A stretch of 64,000 nt of DNA from Rubrivivax sp. (lineage in GTDB: Bacteria > Pseudomonadota > Gammaproteobacteria > Burkholderiales > Burkholderiaceae_C), in the NCBI GenBank assembly GCA_046348145.1, contig JAXMET010000010.1, forward strand, positions 89,951 through 153,950, in the 5' to 3' direction. The notes below the pieces were generated by a model. That model did not search any database and was not told where the DNA came from. It saw only the letters and a list, made by a program, of their open reading frames with translations. Numbering within the stretch: position 1 is the stretch's first letter; every line of letters begins with the position of its first letter. A program made the translations under genes and the position numbers. Shown piece by piece: positions 31,516 through 41,716 of the stretch.

Positions 31516-33446
31516 CAGGCCACCTGTTCGAGGCGCCGGCCGCCCAGCGCCTGGCGCACGCGCAGGTCCATGCGGCGTCCGGCGAAGGGCGTGGTCGCGC
31601 GGTTGAGGCCCGCGGTGGCGTCGCGCAGCGCCGCAGCGGCGCGGCGTGCGTCGGGCGGCGCCGGCAGGCCCTCGCCCTGGCCGCCGCTCTCGAGCAGGTC
31701 GCTCACCGCCTGCATGGCGGCGCGGATGTCGCGCGCTTCGCCCGGCTGCAGCAGGGCGTCGCCGTCCGCATGCAGCGCGGCCTCGGTGGCGTCGAGCAGC
31801 CGGCGGGCGTCGATCTGCGCCTCGCGCCACATGCGCTGCGCGGCGTCGGCGTCGGTGCTGCCCAGCGAGTCCTGCAGCCGCTGCGCCACCTCGTCGGGCG
31901 CCAGGCCGTGGCTGGGCTTGACCACCACGCGCGCGCTGGCGCCGCTGGTCTGCTCCACCGCGCTCACCGACAGCAGCCCGTCGGCGTCGATCTGGAAGCT
32001 GACGCGGATGCGCGCCGCGCCGGCGGCCATGGGCGGGATGCCGTGCAACGTGAAGCGGGCCAGGCTGCGGCAGTCGGCCACCAGCTCGCGTTCGCCCTGC
32101 ACCACGTGCAGCGCGAGCGCGGTCTGGCCGTCCTTGAAGGTGGTGAAGTCCTGTGCCCGCGCCACCGGCAGCGTGCTGTTGCGCGGCACGATGCGTTCGA
32201 CCAGGCCACCCATGGTCTCGATGCCCAGCGACAGCGGGCACACGTCCAGCAGCAGCAGCCCGGTGTCGCCGGCGGCGCGGTTGCCCACCAGCTGGTCGGC
32301 CTGGATCGCCGCGCCCAGCGCCACCGCCTGGTCGGGGTCGACACCGGCCAGCGGCGGGCGACCGAACAGGCGCGCGACCGCGTCGCGCACGATGGGCATG
32401 CGCGTGGCGCCGCCCACCAGCACCACGCCGTCCACCTCGGCCGCCTGAAGCGCGGCGTCGCGCAGCGCACGTTTCACCGCCAGCAGCGTGCGCTCCACCA
32501 GCGGCCGCGCCAGCCACTCGAACTGCGTGCGCGTGATCTGCACGGCATGCGAGGTGCCGTGGCGGTCGACACAGGCCAGGGTGGCATGGTCGGCGTCGGT
32601 CAACGCCTCGCGCGCGCTGCGGGCCGCCGCCAGCAGCAGCGGCATGTCGGCCGCGCCCCAGGGCTCGGGGTGGGCGTTGCCGCCGGTCTCGCCGACGAAC
32701 CAGCCCACCAGCGCGCGGTCGAAGTCGTCGCCGCCGAGCTGGCTGTCGCCGCCGGTGGCCAGCACCTCGAACACGCCGCGCGACAGCCGCAGCAGGCTCA
32801 CGTCGAAGGTGCCGCCGCCCAGGTCGTAGACGGCGAACAGGCCCTGCTCGCCGCTGTCCAGCCCGTAGGCCACGGCGGCGGCGGTGGGTTCGTTGAGCAG
32901 CCGCAGCACCTCCAGCCCGGCGGCCTGCGCCGCGGCCTTGGTGGCGGTGCGCTGGGCGTCGTCGAAGTAGGCCGGCACCGTGATCACCGCCCCGGCCAGC
33001 GCGCCGCCCAGGGCCGCCTCGGCACGCGCCTTGAGCACGCGCAGCACCTCGGCCGCCACGTCCACCGGGCTCTTCACGCCCGCGGCGGTGCGGATGCCCA
33101 CGGCCGCATGCGCGGCCTGGATGCGCTCGGTGCGCCAGGGCAGGATGCCGGCGCCCAGTTCGCCCTCGCTGCGGCCGATCAGGCGCTTGGCCGAGGCCAC
33201 CACGTTGCCCGGATCGCGGGCGCGCAGCGCCACCGCCTCGTGCCCCACGGTGACGCGGCCGTCGGCGGCGTAGTGCACCACCGACGGCAGCAGCGCGCGG
33301 CCCTGCGCGTCGTCGACCACCGTGGCCAGGCCGCTGCGCAAGGTGGCGACCAGCGAGTTGGTGGTGCCCAGGTCGATGCCCACCGCCAGGCGGTGCCGGT
33401 GCGGTGCCGCGGCGCGGCCGGGCTCGGCGATCTGCAGCAGCGCCAT
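31515..33446 (-). CDS. hscA: Fe-S assembly Hsp70 chaperone HscA
   Basis: [32 protein letters not shown]. Confidence 0.95.
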   Translation of the reverse strand: MALLQIAEPGRAAAPHRHRLAVGIDLGTTNSLVATLRSGLATVVDDAQGRALLPSVVHYAADGRVTVGHEAVALRARDPGNVVASAKRLIGRSEGELGAGILPWRTERIQAAHAAVGIRTAAGVKSPVDVAAEVLRVLKARAEAALGGALAGAVITVPAYFDDAQRTATKAAAQAAGLEVLRLLNEPTAAAVAYGLDSGEQGLFAVYDLGGGTFDVSLLRLSRGVFEVLATGGDSQLGGDDFDRALVGWFVGETGGNAHPEPWGAADMPLLLAAARSAREALTDADHATLACVDRHGTSHAVQITRTQFEWLARPLVERTLLAVKRALRDAALQAAEVDGVVLVGGATRMPIVRDAVARLFGRPPLAGVDPDQAVALGAAIQADQLVGNRAAGDTGLLLLDVCPLSLGIETMGGLVERIVPRNSTLPVARAQDFTTFKDGQTALALHVVQGERELVADCRSLARFTLHGIPPMAAGAARIRVSFQIDADGLLSVSAVEQTSGASARVVVKPSHGLAPDEVAQRLQDSLGSTDADAAQRMWREAQIDARRLLDATEAALHADGDALLQPGEARDIRAAMQAVSDLLESGGQGEGLPAPPDARRAAAALRDATAGLNRATTPFAGRRMDLRVRQALGGRRLEQVA

Positions 33447-33456
33447 GGCCGCCCCG

Positions 33457-33780
33457 CTATACCGCGAACGATTCGCCGCAGCCGCAGGTGGCGGTGGCGT
33501 TGGGGTTGTCGAACCTGAAGCCCTCGTTCAGGCCCTCGCGCACCCAGTCCAGGTGCGTGCCGTCCACCAGCGGCAGGCTGCGCGCGTCGACCAGCAGCGA
33601 CACGCCCTCGGCGTCGAAGCGCAGGTCGCCTTCGGCGGCGGCGTCGGCGAACTCCAGCGCATAGGCGTAGCCCGAGCAGCCGCTGGTGGTGACGGCGATG
33701 CGCAGGCCCAGGCCGTGGCCGCGCTTGTCCAGCGCCTTGCGGATCTGCGCGGCGGCCTTCGGGCTGACGGTGAGTCCCAT
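33457..33780 (-). CDS. iscA: A-type Fe-S carrier IscA
   Basis: [28 protein letters not shown]. Confidence 0.92.
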   Translation of the reverse strand: MGLTVSPKAAAQIRKALDKRGHGLGLRIAVTTSGCSGYAYALEFADAAAEGDLRFDAEGVSLLVDARSLPLVDGTHLDWVREGLNEGFRFDNPNATATCGCGESFAV

Positions 33781-33790
33781 GGGCGCGGCC

Positions 33791-34195
33791 TCAGACCGAG
33801 AACGACGAGCCGCAGCCGCAGGTGCTGGCGGCGTTGGGGTTGCGGATGACGAAGCGCGCCCCCTCCAGCCCGTCCTCGAAGTCGATCGAGGCGCCGTTCA
33901 GGTACTGCAGGCTCATCGCGTCGACCAGCACCGTGATCGGGCCGCGCTCGACGCGCCGGTCGTCGGGCTTGGGCGCGTCGTCGAAGGCGAAGCCGTACTG
34001 GAAGCCCGAGCAGCCGCCGCCGGTGACATAGATGCGCAGCGCGAGCGAGGTGTCGCCTTCCTCGGCGATCAGCTCGGTGACCTTGGCGACCACGGCGTCG
34101 CTGATCTCGAGGGTGGCGGCAGCGGCGTCGAAGCCGGGCATCGCGGTCAGTTCGGCGGGCGTGGCGCAGCTGCTGGCGCTGGATGAGCAAGCCAT
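33791..34195 (-). CDS. erpA: A-type Fe-S carrier, ErpA-like
   Basis: [42 protein letters not shown]. Confidence 0.88.
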   Translation of the reverse strand: MACSSSASSCATPAELTAMPGFDAAAATLEISDAVVAKVTELIAEEGDTSLALRIYVTGGGCSGFQYGFAFDDAPKPDDRRVERGPITVLVDAMSLQYLNGASIDFEDGLEGARFVIRNPNAASTCGCGSSFSV

Positions 34196-34211
34196 GGCGG
34201 GTTCTCCGGTT

Positions 34212-34637
34212 TCAGGCGGACTTGACAGGGGCGCAGGCAGCCGCTTCGAGCTGCGCGCCGTGGCGTTGGCGGTAGTCGGCCACCGCGGCCTTGATGGCGT
34301 CCTCGGCGAGGATCGAGCAGTGGATCTTCACCGGCGGCAGCGCCAGCTCCTCGGCGATGGCGGTGTTCTGGATCGTCAGCGCCTCGTCGAGCGACTTGCC
34401 CTTGACCCATTCGGTGACGAGCGAGCTCGACGCGATCGCCGAGCCGCAGCCGTAGGTCTTGAAGCGCGCGTCCTCGATCACGCCGGTGACGGGGTCGACC
34501 TTGATCTGCAGGCGCATCACGTCGCCGCAGGCCGGGGCACCGACCATGCCGGTGCCGACGCCGGCGTCGTCGGCCGCAAAGCCGCCCACGTTGCGCGGGT
34601 TCTCGTAGTGGTCGACGACCTTCTCGCTGTAGGCCAT
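34212..34637 (-). CDS. iscU: Fe-S scaffold IscU
   Basis: [36 protein letters not shown]; single-domain, so not NifU. Confidence 0.96.
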   Translation of the reverse strand: MAYSEKVVDHYENPRNVGGFAADDAGVGTGMVGAPACGDVMRLQIKVDPVTGVIEDARFKTYGCGSAIASSSLVTEWVKGKSLDEALTIQNTAIAEELALPPVKIHCSILAEDAIKAAVADYRQRHGAQLEAAACAPVKSA

Positions 34638-34653
34638 GGGTGGGCTCCGGGGG

Positions 34654-35862
34654 TCAGTGTTCGGTCCAGGCGATGCTGTTCAGGTCCACGCCGGCCTGGT
34701 GCAGGTCCCATAGCGGGCTCATCGCGCGCAGGCGCTCCACCGTTCCGGTGACGGCGGCGACGGCGGCGTCGATCTCCTCGGCGGTGGTGAAGCGGCCGAC
34801 CGAGAAGCGGATCGAGCTGTGCGCCACCTCGTCGCTCAGGCCGAGCGCGCGCAGCACGTAGCTGGGCTCCAGGCTGGCGCTGGTGCAGGCCGAGCCCGAC
34901 GACACCGCCACGCCCTTCATGCCCATCAGCAGCGACTCGCCCTCGACGAAGGGGAAGCTGACATTCAGGTTGTGCGGCACGCGGCGCTCGAGCGAGCCGT
35001 TGATGCGCAGCTCGGGGATGCGCTGCAGCCCCTGCAGCAGGCGGTCGCGCAGCGCGCGGATGCGTTCGTTCTCGGTGGCCATGGCCTCGCGCGCCAGGTC
35101 GTAGGCGCGGCCCATGCCGACGATCTGGTGCGTGGGCAGCGTGCCGCTGCGCAGACCGCGCTCGTGCCCGCCGCCGTGGATCAGCGCCTCGATGCGCACG
35201 CGCGGCTTGCGCCGCACCACCAGCGCCCCCACGCCCTTGGGCCCGTAGGTCTTGTGCGCCGACAGGCTCATCAGGTCGACCGGCAGCGACGCGACGTCGA
35301 GCGCGATCTTTCCGGTGGCCTGGGCCGCGTCCACGTGCAGCAGCACGCCGCGCGCGCGGCACAGCGCGCCCAGCGCGGCGATGTCCTGCACGACGCCGAT
35401 CTCGTTGTTGACCGCCATCACCGAGGCCACGATGGTGTCGGGCCGCAGCGCGGCCGCGAAGGCCTCGGGGTCGACCAGCCCGTCGGCCCCCACGTCGAGT
35501 AGCGTGGCCTCGAAGCCCTCGCGCTCCAGCTCGCGCAGCGTGTCCAGCGTGGCCTTGTGCTCGGTCTTCACGCTCACCAGGTGGCGGCCGCGGCCGGCGT
35601 GGAAACGCGCCGCGCCCTTGAGCGCGAGGTTGATGCTCTCGGTGGCGCCGCTGGTCCAGACGATCTCGCGCGGGTCGGCGCCCACCAGCGCCGCCACCTG
35701 CTCGCGCGCCAGCTCCACCGCCTCCTCGGCGGCCCAGCCGTAGGCATGGCTGCGCGAGGCCGGGTTGCCGAAGTTCTGCGCCAGCCACGGCAGCATGGCC
35801 TGCACCACGCGCGCATCGCAGGGGGTGGTGGCCGCGTAGTCGAGGTAGATGGGGCGTTCCAT
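34654..35862 (-). CDS. iscS: Cysteine desulfurase IscS
   Basis: [51 protein letters not shown]...W.EH end. Confidence 0.95.
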   Translation of the reverse strand: MERPIYLDYAATTPCDARVVQAMLPWLAQNFGNPASRSHAYGWAAEEAVELAREQVAALVGADPREIVWTSGATESINLALKGAARFHAGRGRHLVSVKTEHKATLDTLRELEREGFEATLLDVGADGLVDPEAFAAALRPDTIVASVMAVNNEIGVVQDIAALGALCRARGVLLHVDAAQATGKIALDVASLPVDLMSLSAHKTYGPKGVGALVVRRKPRVRIEALIHGGGHERGLRSGTLPTHQIVGMGRAYDLAREAMATENERIRALRDRLLQGLQRIPELRINGSLERRVPHNLNVSFPFVEGESLLMGMKGVAVSSGSACTSASLEPSYVLRALGLSDEVAHSSIRFSVGRFTTAEEIDAAVAAVTGTVERLRAMSPLWDLHQAGVDLNSIAWTEH

Positions 35863-35874
35863 GCCCTGGGGCAT

Positions 35875-35890
35875 TGCAGAGACCGTGCCA
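35875..35890 (-). promoter_or_regulatory. Sigma54 promoter of the isc operon
   Basis: TGGCAC-GGTCT-CTGCA (GG-N10-GC); near-consensus NifA site TGT-N10-ACC at 35966-35981. Confidence 0.8.
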
Positions 35891-36001
35891 GCCCCGCGCG
35901 ACGCCCGCGCCACGAGGAGAAGCGGCTGCCGCACCGGGCGGCGTGGCGCGACGCGCTGTCGCGTTTGTCGCGCCTGCGACCGCGTGGCCGACGGGCGCAG
36001 G

Positions 36002-36778
36002 TCAGCCGGCGCCGAGTGCCGCGCGCAGCAGCCGCGCCTCTGGCGTGAGCAGAGGCGCCGGCCGCTCGCCCAGCGCCTGCCGCGTACGCTCGTGCACGCG
36101 GCCGCTGGCCACGTCGACCTGGCGGCACACGCGGCCCGCGTCGATCACGAACGCGGTCTGCGCCAGTGCCAGCACGTCGTCGATGTCGTGCGTGATCATC
36201 ACGACCGGCAGTTGCAGCCGGGCTCGCAGCGCCGCCAGTTCGCCGCGCAGGTGCGTGCGCAGCTGCGGGTTGAGCGCGGCGAAGGGTTCGTCGAGCAGCA
36301 ACCAGCGCGGCTCGCAGGCCAGCGCGCGCGCCAGTGCCACGCGCTGGCGCTGGCCGCCCGACAGCAGCGCCGGCCGTGCGTCGGCCTGCGGAAGCAGCCC
36401 GAACGCGTCGAGCAGCGCATCCACGCGCACACGTTCGGCACGCGTCGCCCCGCGCCACCAGCGCCCGAGGCCGAAACCGACGTTGGCGCGCACGCTCAGG
36501 TGCGGGAACAGCGCGTAGTCCTGAAACAGGTAGCCGACGCGGCGCTGCGCCGGCGGCACGTCGATGCCGAGCGCGGCGTCGAAGAGCGTGTGGCCGCCCA
36601 CGCGCACGTGGCCGCGCTGCGGCCGCAGCAGCCCGGCCATGGCCTGCAGCGTGAGTGACTTGCCCGCGCCCGATGCGCCGTACAACGCCACCACGCCGGC
36701 GTCGCTGGCCAGCGACACGTCGAGCGCGAAGGCGCGTCGGCCGTCGTGCACCTGCAGCTGCAGCGCGACGTCGATCAT
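36002..36778 (-). CDS. modC: Molybdate ABC ATPase
   Basis: [36 protein letters not shown]. Confidence 0.9.
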   Translation of the reverse strand: MIDVALQLQVHDGRRAFALDVSLASDAGVVALYGASGAGKSLTLQAMAGLLRPQRGHVRVGGHTLFDAALGIDVPPAQRRVGYLFQDYALFPHLSVRANVGFGLGRWWRGATRAERVRVDALLDAFGLLPQADARPALLSGGQRQRVALARALACEPRWLLLDEPFAALNPQLRTHLRGELAALRARLQLPVVMITHDIDDVLALAQTAFVIDAGRVCRQVDVASGRVHERTRQALGERPAPLLTPEARLLRAALGAG

Positions 36779-37524
36779 GGGCGCGCGAACCCGTGCCGTG
36801 CCAGCAGCTCCTGGGCCTCGGCCGAGAGCAGGAAGTCGACGAAGGCGCGCGCCGCCGCTGGCTGCCGGCTGCCCGACACCACGGCCGCCGGATACACCAC
36901 CGCGTCCGGGGCCACGGCGCCGGGCACCAGGCGCACACGCTCGGGCTGCGTGCGGGCGTCGGTGCGGAACACGAAGGCGGCGTCGACCTCGCCCCGCGCC
37001 ACGTAGTCCAGCGCCTGGCGCACGGTGTCGCTCGGCACCACGCGCGCCTGCAGCGCGGCCGCCAGGCCGGCCTGCTCCAGCCAGCGCCAGGCCACGCGGC
37101 CGGCGGCCACGGTGGCGGGCTTGCCGATGGCGATGCGGGCCACGCCCGGCCGCGCCAGGTCGGCCAGCCGATGCACCGGTACCGACGCGGTCGCCGGCAC
37201 CACCAGCACCACCTCGTTGCGGGCGAAGGCGCGCCGCGTGGGTGCCTCGATCACGCCCTCGGCGATGCCGCGATCCAGGGTCTCGGCGTCGGCCGTCGCC
37301 AGCACGTCGACCGGCGCACCCTGCACGATCTGCTGCAGCAACTGCCCCGACGCGCCCAGGTTCAGCCGCACCGTGGTGCCCGGGTGCGCCGCCTCGAAGC
37401 GTGCCGCCAGCCCCTTGGCCACGTCGGCCAGGCTGGCCGCGGCGGACACCGTGATCGTCACCGGTGCCGCCGCTGCCGCCCCCCCCAGCGCCAGCGCGAC
37501 GACGAGCAGCAACCGCCGCCTCAT
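36775..37524 (-). CDS. modA: Molybdate ABC substrate-binding protein
   Basis: VSAAASL, GASGQLLQQI.QGAPVDV, VARGEVDAAFV. Confidence 0.92.
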   Translation of the reverse strand: MRRRLLLVVALALGGAAAAAPVTITVSAAASLADVAKGLAARFEAAHPGTTVRLNLGASGQLLQQIVQGAPVDVLATADAETLDRGIAEGVIEAPTRRAFARNEVVLVVPATASVPVHRLADLARPGVARIAIGKPATVAAGRVAWRWLEQAGLAAALQARVVPSDTVRQALDYVARGEVDAAFVFRTDARTQPERVRLVPGAVAPDAVVYPAAVVSGSRQPAAARAFVDFLLSAEAQELLARHGFARP

Positions 37525-38213
37525 CGCGGCACCTCGGCGCCACGCGGCGCGAACACGCGGTTGCTGGCCAGCAGTACACCCACCGACAGCAGCGACACGG
37601 CGACGGCCAGCGACGCCGCGACGTCGTCGCGCCCGGCCTGCACCGCGTCGTAGATGGCCATCGACGCGGTCTGCGTCTGGCCGGGGATGGAGCCGGCCAC
37701 CATCAGCGACGCACCGAACTCACCCATCGCACGCGCGAATGCCAGCAGCGTGCCCGCCAGGATGCCGGGCCAGGCCAGCGGCAGCGTGACGCGCAGGAAC
37801 ACCGCGGCACGCGGCTGGCGCAGCGTGCAGGCCGCGGCCTCGAGCCGACGGTCGACCTGCGCGAAGGCCGTGCTCGCGCCCTTGAGCACCAGCGGTAGCG
37901 CCACCAGCGCCGACGCCAGCACGGCACCATGCCAGCTGAAGATGGGCGTGTAGTCGAAGCTCTCGCGCAGCCAGGCACCGAACGCGCTGCGACGGCCCGC
38001 CAGCCGCAGCAGGCCGTAGCCCAGCACCGTGGGCGGCAACACCAGCGGCAGCATGCACAGCGCCTCCAGCGCGGCGCGGCCTGGCAGCCGCGTGCGCGCC
38101 ACCACCCAGCCCAGCAGCACCCCGGCCAGCAGCGCCAGCGCCGTGGCCACCACGGCCACCTTCAGCGTCATCCACAGCGGCGCGGCATCGACGGGGGGCA
38201 GCAGATCCGACAT
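37521..38213 (-). CDS. modB: Molybdate ABC permease
   Basis: LPLVLPPTVLGY, FARAMGEFGASLMVAGSIPG. Confidence 0.92.
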   Translation of the reverse strand: MSDLLPPVDAAPLWMTLKVAVVATALALLAGVLLGWVVARTRLPGRAALEALCMLPLVLPPTVLGYGLLRLAGRRSAFGAWLRESFDYTPIFSWHGAVLASALVALPLVLKGASTAFAQVDRRLEAAACTLRQPRAAVFLRVTLPLAWPGILAGTLLAFARAMGEFGASLMVAGSIPGQTQTASMAIYDAVQAGRDDVAASLAVAVSLLSVGVLLASNRVFAPRGAEVPR

Positions 38214-38256
38214 TCGCGACAAGCCAGGGCGGCAACAGGGCCGATGCAGCCGCTGT

Positions 38257-38272
38257 CGCAAGGTGCATGCCC
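38257..38272 (-). promoter_or_regulatory. Possible sigma54 promoter upstream of modB
   Basis: GGGCAT-GCACC-TTGCG (GG-N10-GC), first base non-consensus. Confidence 0.45.
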
Positions 38273-38279
38273 GCCCCGG

Positions 38280-38693
38280 CTAGGTGGGAGGCGCGCTGCC
38301 GGCCAGCTCGGGCCCGAAGCACAGCGGCTGCTCGTCGCACACCTCGCAGCTGGGCGAGCGACAGATCAGCACCTGCTCGGCGATGCACAGCTGGCGGTAG
38401 AGGAACTTCTTCCAGCGCATGCCGCGGTCGTTCAGCGCCACCAGCGAGGGAAAGTGCCGCTGCATCAGCCGGCCTAGCTCGGCCCGCGACGGCAGCCCCA
38501 GGTCCTCCCACAGATGGCGGTCGCCCAGGCAGGCCAGCGCGATGGCCTGCGCCAGCGCGCGCACGGCCTCGGGGTCGGCGTCGGCCGCGGCGTGCCGCTG
38601 CAGCAGCGCCGCCACGTCGACCACCTCGTCGGCGCGGCGCCGCGCGCGCTCGGCCAGCAGCGCAGGGGCAATGGCCAGCTGCATGACCGGCAT
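38280..38693 (-). CDS. nifQ: Molybdenum donor NifQ (start uncertain)
   Basis: HLWEDLGL..R, MRWKKFLYRQLC, Cx4Cx2Cx5C (CRSPSCEVCDEQPLC). Confidence 0.92.
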   Translation of the reverse strand: MPVMQLAIAPALLAERARRRADEVVDVAALLQRHAAADADPEAVRALAQAIALACLGDRHLWEDLGLPSRAELGRLMQRHFPSLVALNDRGMRWKKFLYRQLCIAEQVLICRSPSCEVCDEQPLCFGPELAGSAPPT

Positions 38694-38822
38694 CGCCTGG
38701 CCCCGTGCCTCAGACCAGCAGGTCGCCGCGCACCAGCGCCGAGAAGCACTGGCGCCAGCGCGGCAACGGGGCCGGGTGCCGCAGCACGGCGGCCCAGCGG
38801 TGCCAGGGCGGGACGGCGGGCC

Positions 38823-39119
38823 TCATGCGGGGGCGTGCGTGTAGCACTTCTTGGGGCAGATGCGCGAACACGCGGTGCAGCCGATGCACAGTTCGCCGTG
38901 CGCGATCGTCATCACCTTCTTCTCGTACTCGTCGTCCTCGTCTCCGTCGGGGTCGAGGTCGACGCGCTCGCCGTCCTCGTCCAGCCCCACCAGCGACAGC
39001 ACGCCGCGCGGGCAGACGCGGAAGCAGCGCCCGCAGCCGATGCAGCGCGTCTCGTCGATGGCCTGCACGAAGGTCGGGGTCCAGCTCGCGCCGCTGGGCA
39101 GCGTGACGGTGAAGCTCAT
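38823..39119 (-). CDS. fdxB: Nif-specific 2x[4Fe-4S] ferredoxin III
   Basis: WTPTFV, CIGCGRCFRVCP, CIGCTACSRICP. Confidence 0.88.
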   Translation of the reverse strand: MSFTVTLPSGASWTPTFVQAIDETRCIGCGRCFRVCPRGVLSLVGLDEDGERVDLDPDGDEDDEYEKKVMTIAHGELCIGCTACSRICPKKCYTHAPA

Positions 39120-39319
39120 GTCGCCGCCCCGGCCGCGGCCAGCCGCGCGCGCGCCGCCATCAGCGCCGCGTGCGCCTCGTGGGCAGCCTGGGCCACCTCG
39201 GGGATGCGCTGCCAGTTCAGCGGCAGTTCCTCGGACAGGTCGTGCAGGTCCATCTTGGCCTGCGTGGCGCGGGCGTTGAGCTTCTTCACCTCGGCCTTGA
39301 GCGCTTCCGCATCGGTCAT
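39116..39319 (-). CDS. Small nif-associated Rop-like protein (CCE_0567/DUF683 family)
   Basis: LKAEVKKLNARATQAKMDLHDLSEELP.NW. Confidence 0.85.
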   Translation of the reverse strand: MTDAEALKAEVKKLNARATQAKMDLHDLSEELPLNWQRIPEVAQAAHEAHAALMAARARLAAAGAAT

Positions 39320-39330
39320 CGCGTGCTCCT

Positions 39331-39804
39331 TCAACCGTAACGGGCGACCTGTGGGTACGCCTCGATCATCTTCACGCCTTCGTCCACCAGCTTGCGACCG
39401 GCTTCGGCCAGCCTGGTCAACGACGCATAGCCGAAGCGATGCACGTCGCGCAGCTGACGGTTGACGACGATCAGCCGACCCGCGGTGAGCACGAGGCGGC
39501 CGAAACCTTCGTGGTGCATCTTCATCAGCGGGCTGCACATCACGCCGGTGGCGCGTTCGATGGACAGGCCCACGGCGTTGTGGAACAGCTCCAGCCGCCA
39601 CAGCGTGTCGGGGTCGGGGTCGCCCATCAGCGGCAGCGCGCGCCGCTGCTCGGCCGTCAGCACGAAGGGCTCGAGCAGCGCGAGGTCGCTGCGGCCCTCC
39701 CAGGCGCCGTGGGCGTCCTGTGCGCGCAGCTGCTTGACCAGCTCGCGCAGGAAGGGGTCGTCCTGCACCAGCTCGACGTCGGTCGCGGCCAGCGTGTCAG
39801 CCAT
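39331..39804 (-). CDS. NifX-associated protein (DUF269)
   Basis: [29 protein letters not shown]. Confidence 0.88.
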   Translation of the reverse strand: MADTLAATDVELVQDDPFLRELVKQLRAQDAHGAWEGRSDLALLEPFVLTAEQRRALPLMGDPDPDTLWRLELFHNAVGLSIERATGVMCSPLMKMHHEGFGRLVLTAGRLIVVNRQLRDVHRFGYASLTRLAEAGRKLVDEGVKMIEAYPQVARYG

Positions 39805-40213
39805 GACGGGCCTCCGCCTCGTCGTCGAAGTCGGGCGTGCGCACCTGGCCCTTGGCCAGGGCCTTGCGCAGCCACGGTGGCGGCGTGCCCTGCAGCACCT
39901 GCAGCAGCTGGTCCAGGATGTCGAGGATGGGTCGCGGCTCGGGCACCTTGACGGGGTGGATCTTCAACGCCACCACGCGCGCCGCCGCGCTGCCGCCGAT
40001 GGCGGCCACGTACAGCAGCGCGCAGTCGCCGATGGCGGCCAGCTTGGGCGTGAGCTTGTCCTCGTTGCCGTCCTCTTCCAGGTCGGCGCCGAAGGCGTGG
40101 CTGTGCACGAAGCGGTAGCCGGCGGCGTCGATCTCGTAGACGGCCAGGTGGCGGGCCCAGCCGAAGTGCGCGTCGACGCGCTGCTGGTCCTGGGTGGCGA
40201 AGGCGACCTTCAT
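39797..40213 (-). CDS. nifX: FeMo-co carrier NifX
   Basis: [32 protein letters not shown]. Confidence 0.95.
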   Translation of the reverse strand: MKVAFATQDQQRVDAHFGWARHLAVYEIDAAGYRFVHSHAFGADLEEDGNEDKLTPKLAAIGDCALLYVAAIGGSAAARVVALKIHPVKVPEPRPILDILDQLLQVLQGTPPPWLRKALAKGQVRTPDFDDEAEARHG

Positions 40214-40234
40214 GGGGCGGGGCTCCTCGGGGCG

Positions 40235-41635
40235 TCAGGCACTGGCGGCCGACAGGCGCGGCTCGGCCGGCACCGCGCCGCGGCCGGCGGCAGCGCGGCG
40301 CGAGGCCTCGGGCAGCGGCCAGTCGTCCGGGCCGTGGTGGGGGACATGGTCGATCAGCAGGTTGCCGATCTCGAAGATCAGGTTCATCGTGCCGCGGTAG
40401 CCGATCGACACGCGGTGGCTGTTGCCGATGCGGTCGAACAGCGGCAGCCCGGCCCGCACCAGCGGCAGGCCCAGGCGCCCGGCGGCCTGGCGGCCGTGCG
40501 AGTGCGTCACCAGCAGCCGGCAGCCGCTGGCCTGCGCCGCGCGTTCGAAATCGTCGAGGTCGCCGATCACCACCTCGTTGGTGGGCAGCCGTTCGTTGAG
40601 CGGCGATGCGGTGGTGGTGACGGCCACGGCCAGCTCGGCACCCATCTCGTGCAGCAGCGAGCCATAGGCCCACAGCAGGTCGGGTTCGGCGGCCACGGCC
40701 ACCTTGACGTGGCCGAAGTGGAAGTGGCCGTCGAGCATGGCGTCGAGCAGCTGGCTGCGCTGGCGCCGCAGCGGCGCGGGCACGGGGTGGCCCGACAGCT
40801 GCTGCAGCCGGCGCAGCAGCTCGTCCACCGGCTGCAGGCCGGTGAGGCGGTCGAGCAGCGTGAAGGGCGTGCCGCAGCGCTGCTGCAGCGCCAGCGCCGC
40901 CGGCCGCATCTGCTCGCCCACCGCCAGCGCGTGCGCGCAACGGCCCAGGGTGCGCAAGCGCTCGATCGGGGTGCCGCCGAGCGTGGTGCCGCGCCAGTCG
41001 TCGGGGATGTGGCCGTCCAGCGAGCCCGACACGTCGGGCACCACCACGGGCTCGAGACCGAAGGCCTCCACCAGCGCCTTCAGCTCGTCCAGGTCGCCCG
41101 GCGTCAGGTGGCAGCCGGGCAGCACCGCGACGCGCCGCGCGTCGCGCTCCAGGCCCACCTCGGGCACCTGGCCCACGAGCGCGGTCACGGCCTTGGCCCA
41201 GCCGTCCTGGAACGCGCCCACGTAGTCGGGCGTCGACACGTAGACCACCGGCGTGTCGCGCAACTCGGGGTGGCGGCGCTGCGCCAGGCGGATGAAGGCC
41301 TCGACGTCGTCGCCCTTGGTCTCGGTCAGGCCGGTGGAGCAGATGCCGATCAGGTCGGGCCGGTTGCGCTGGCGGATGTTGAGCAGCGCCTGCGCCAGGT
41401 TGTCGTCGCCGCCGAGGATGGTGCTGGCCTCGTTCATCGCCGTGGTCTGCAGCGGGATGGCCTCCTTGAAGTGCCGCACCAGCAGCACCAGGCCGAACGA
41501 GGTGCAGCCCTGCGAGCCGTGCATCAACGGCACGCAGCGGTCCAGGCCCAGGAAGGCGTAGCTGGCGCCCAGCGGCGCGCTCATCTTCAGCGGGTTGACG
41601 GTGCAGGCCTTGCGGCGTTCGACGACGTGAGCCAT
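40235..41635 (-). CDS. nifN: FeMo-co scaffold subunit NifN
   Basis: VNPLKMSAPLGA, HGSQGCTSF, RHFKEAIPLQTTAM. Confidence 0.96.
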   Translation of the reverse strand: MAHVVERRKACTVNPLKMSAPLGASYAFLGLDRCVPLMHGSQGCTSFGLVLLVRHFKEAIPLQTTAMNEASTILGGDDNLAQALLNIRQRNRPDLIGICSTGLTETKGDDVEAFIRLAQRRHPELRDTPVVYVSTPDYVGAFQDGWAKAVTALVGQVPEVGLERDARRVAVLPGCHLTPGDLDELKALVEAFGLEPVVVPDVSGSLDGHIPDDWRGTTLGGTPIERLRTLGRCAHALAVGEQMRPAALALQQRCGTPFTLLDRLTGLQPVDELLRRLQQLSGHPVPAPLRRQRSQLLDAMLDGHFHFGHVKVAVAAEPDLLWAYGSLLHEMGAELAVAVTTTASPLNERLPTNEVVIGDLDDFERAAQASGCRLLVTHSHGRQAAGRLGLPLVRAGLPLFDRIGNSHRVSIGYRGTMNLIFEIGNLLIDHVPHHGPDDWPLPEASRRAAAGRGAVPAEPRLSAASA

Positions 41636-41640
41636 GGTCA

Positions 41641-41710
41641 GGTCCGCCCGGCCGTCCCGAAGGACCTGACAGCCCCCGCGGGGGGCAGCGAACGACGTGA
41701 GCGTGGGGGC
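41641..41710 (-). repeat. REP-like palindromic element between nifE and nifN
   Basis: Sense strand CCCCCACGCTC...GCTGCCCCCCGCGGGGGC has the same C5...C5-N-G5C layout as the elements at 9111 and 15115. Confidence 0.6.
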
Positions 41711-41716
41711 TTCATG

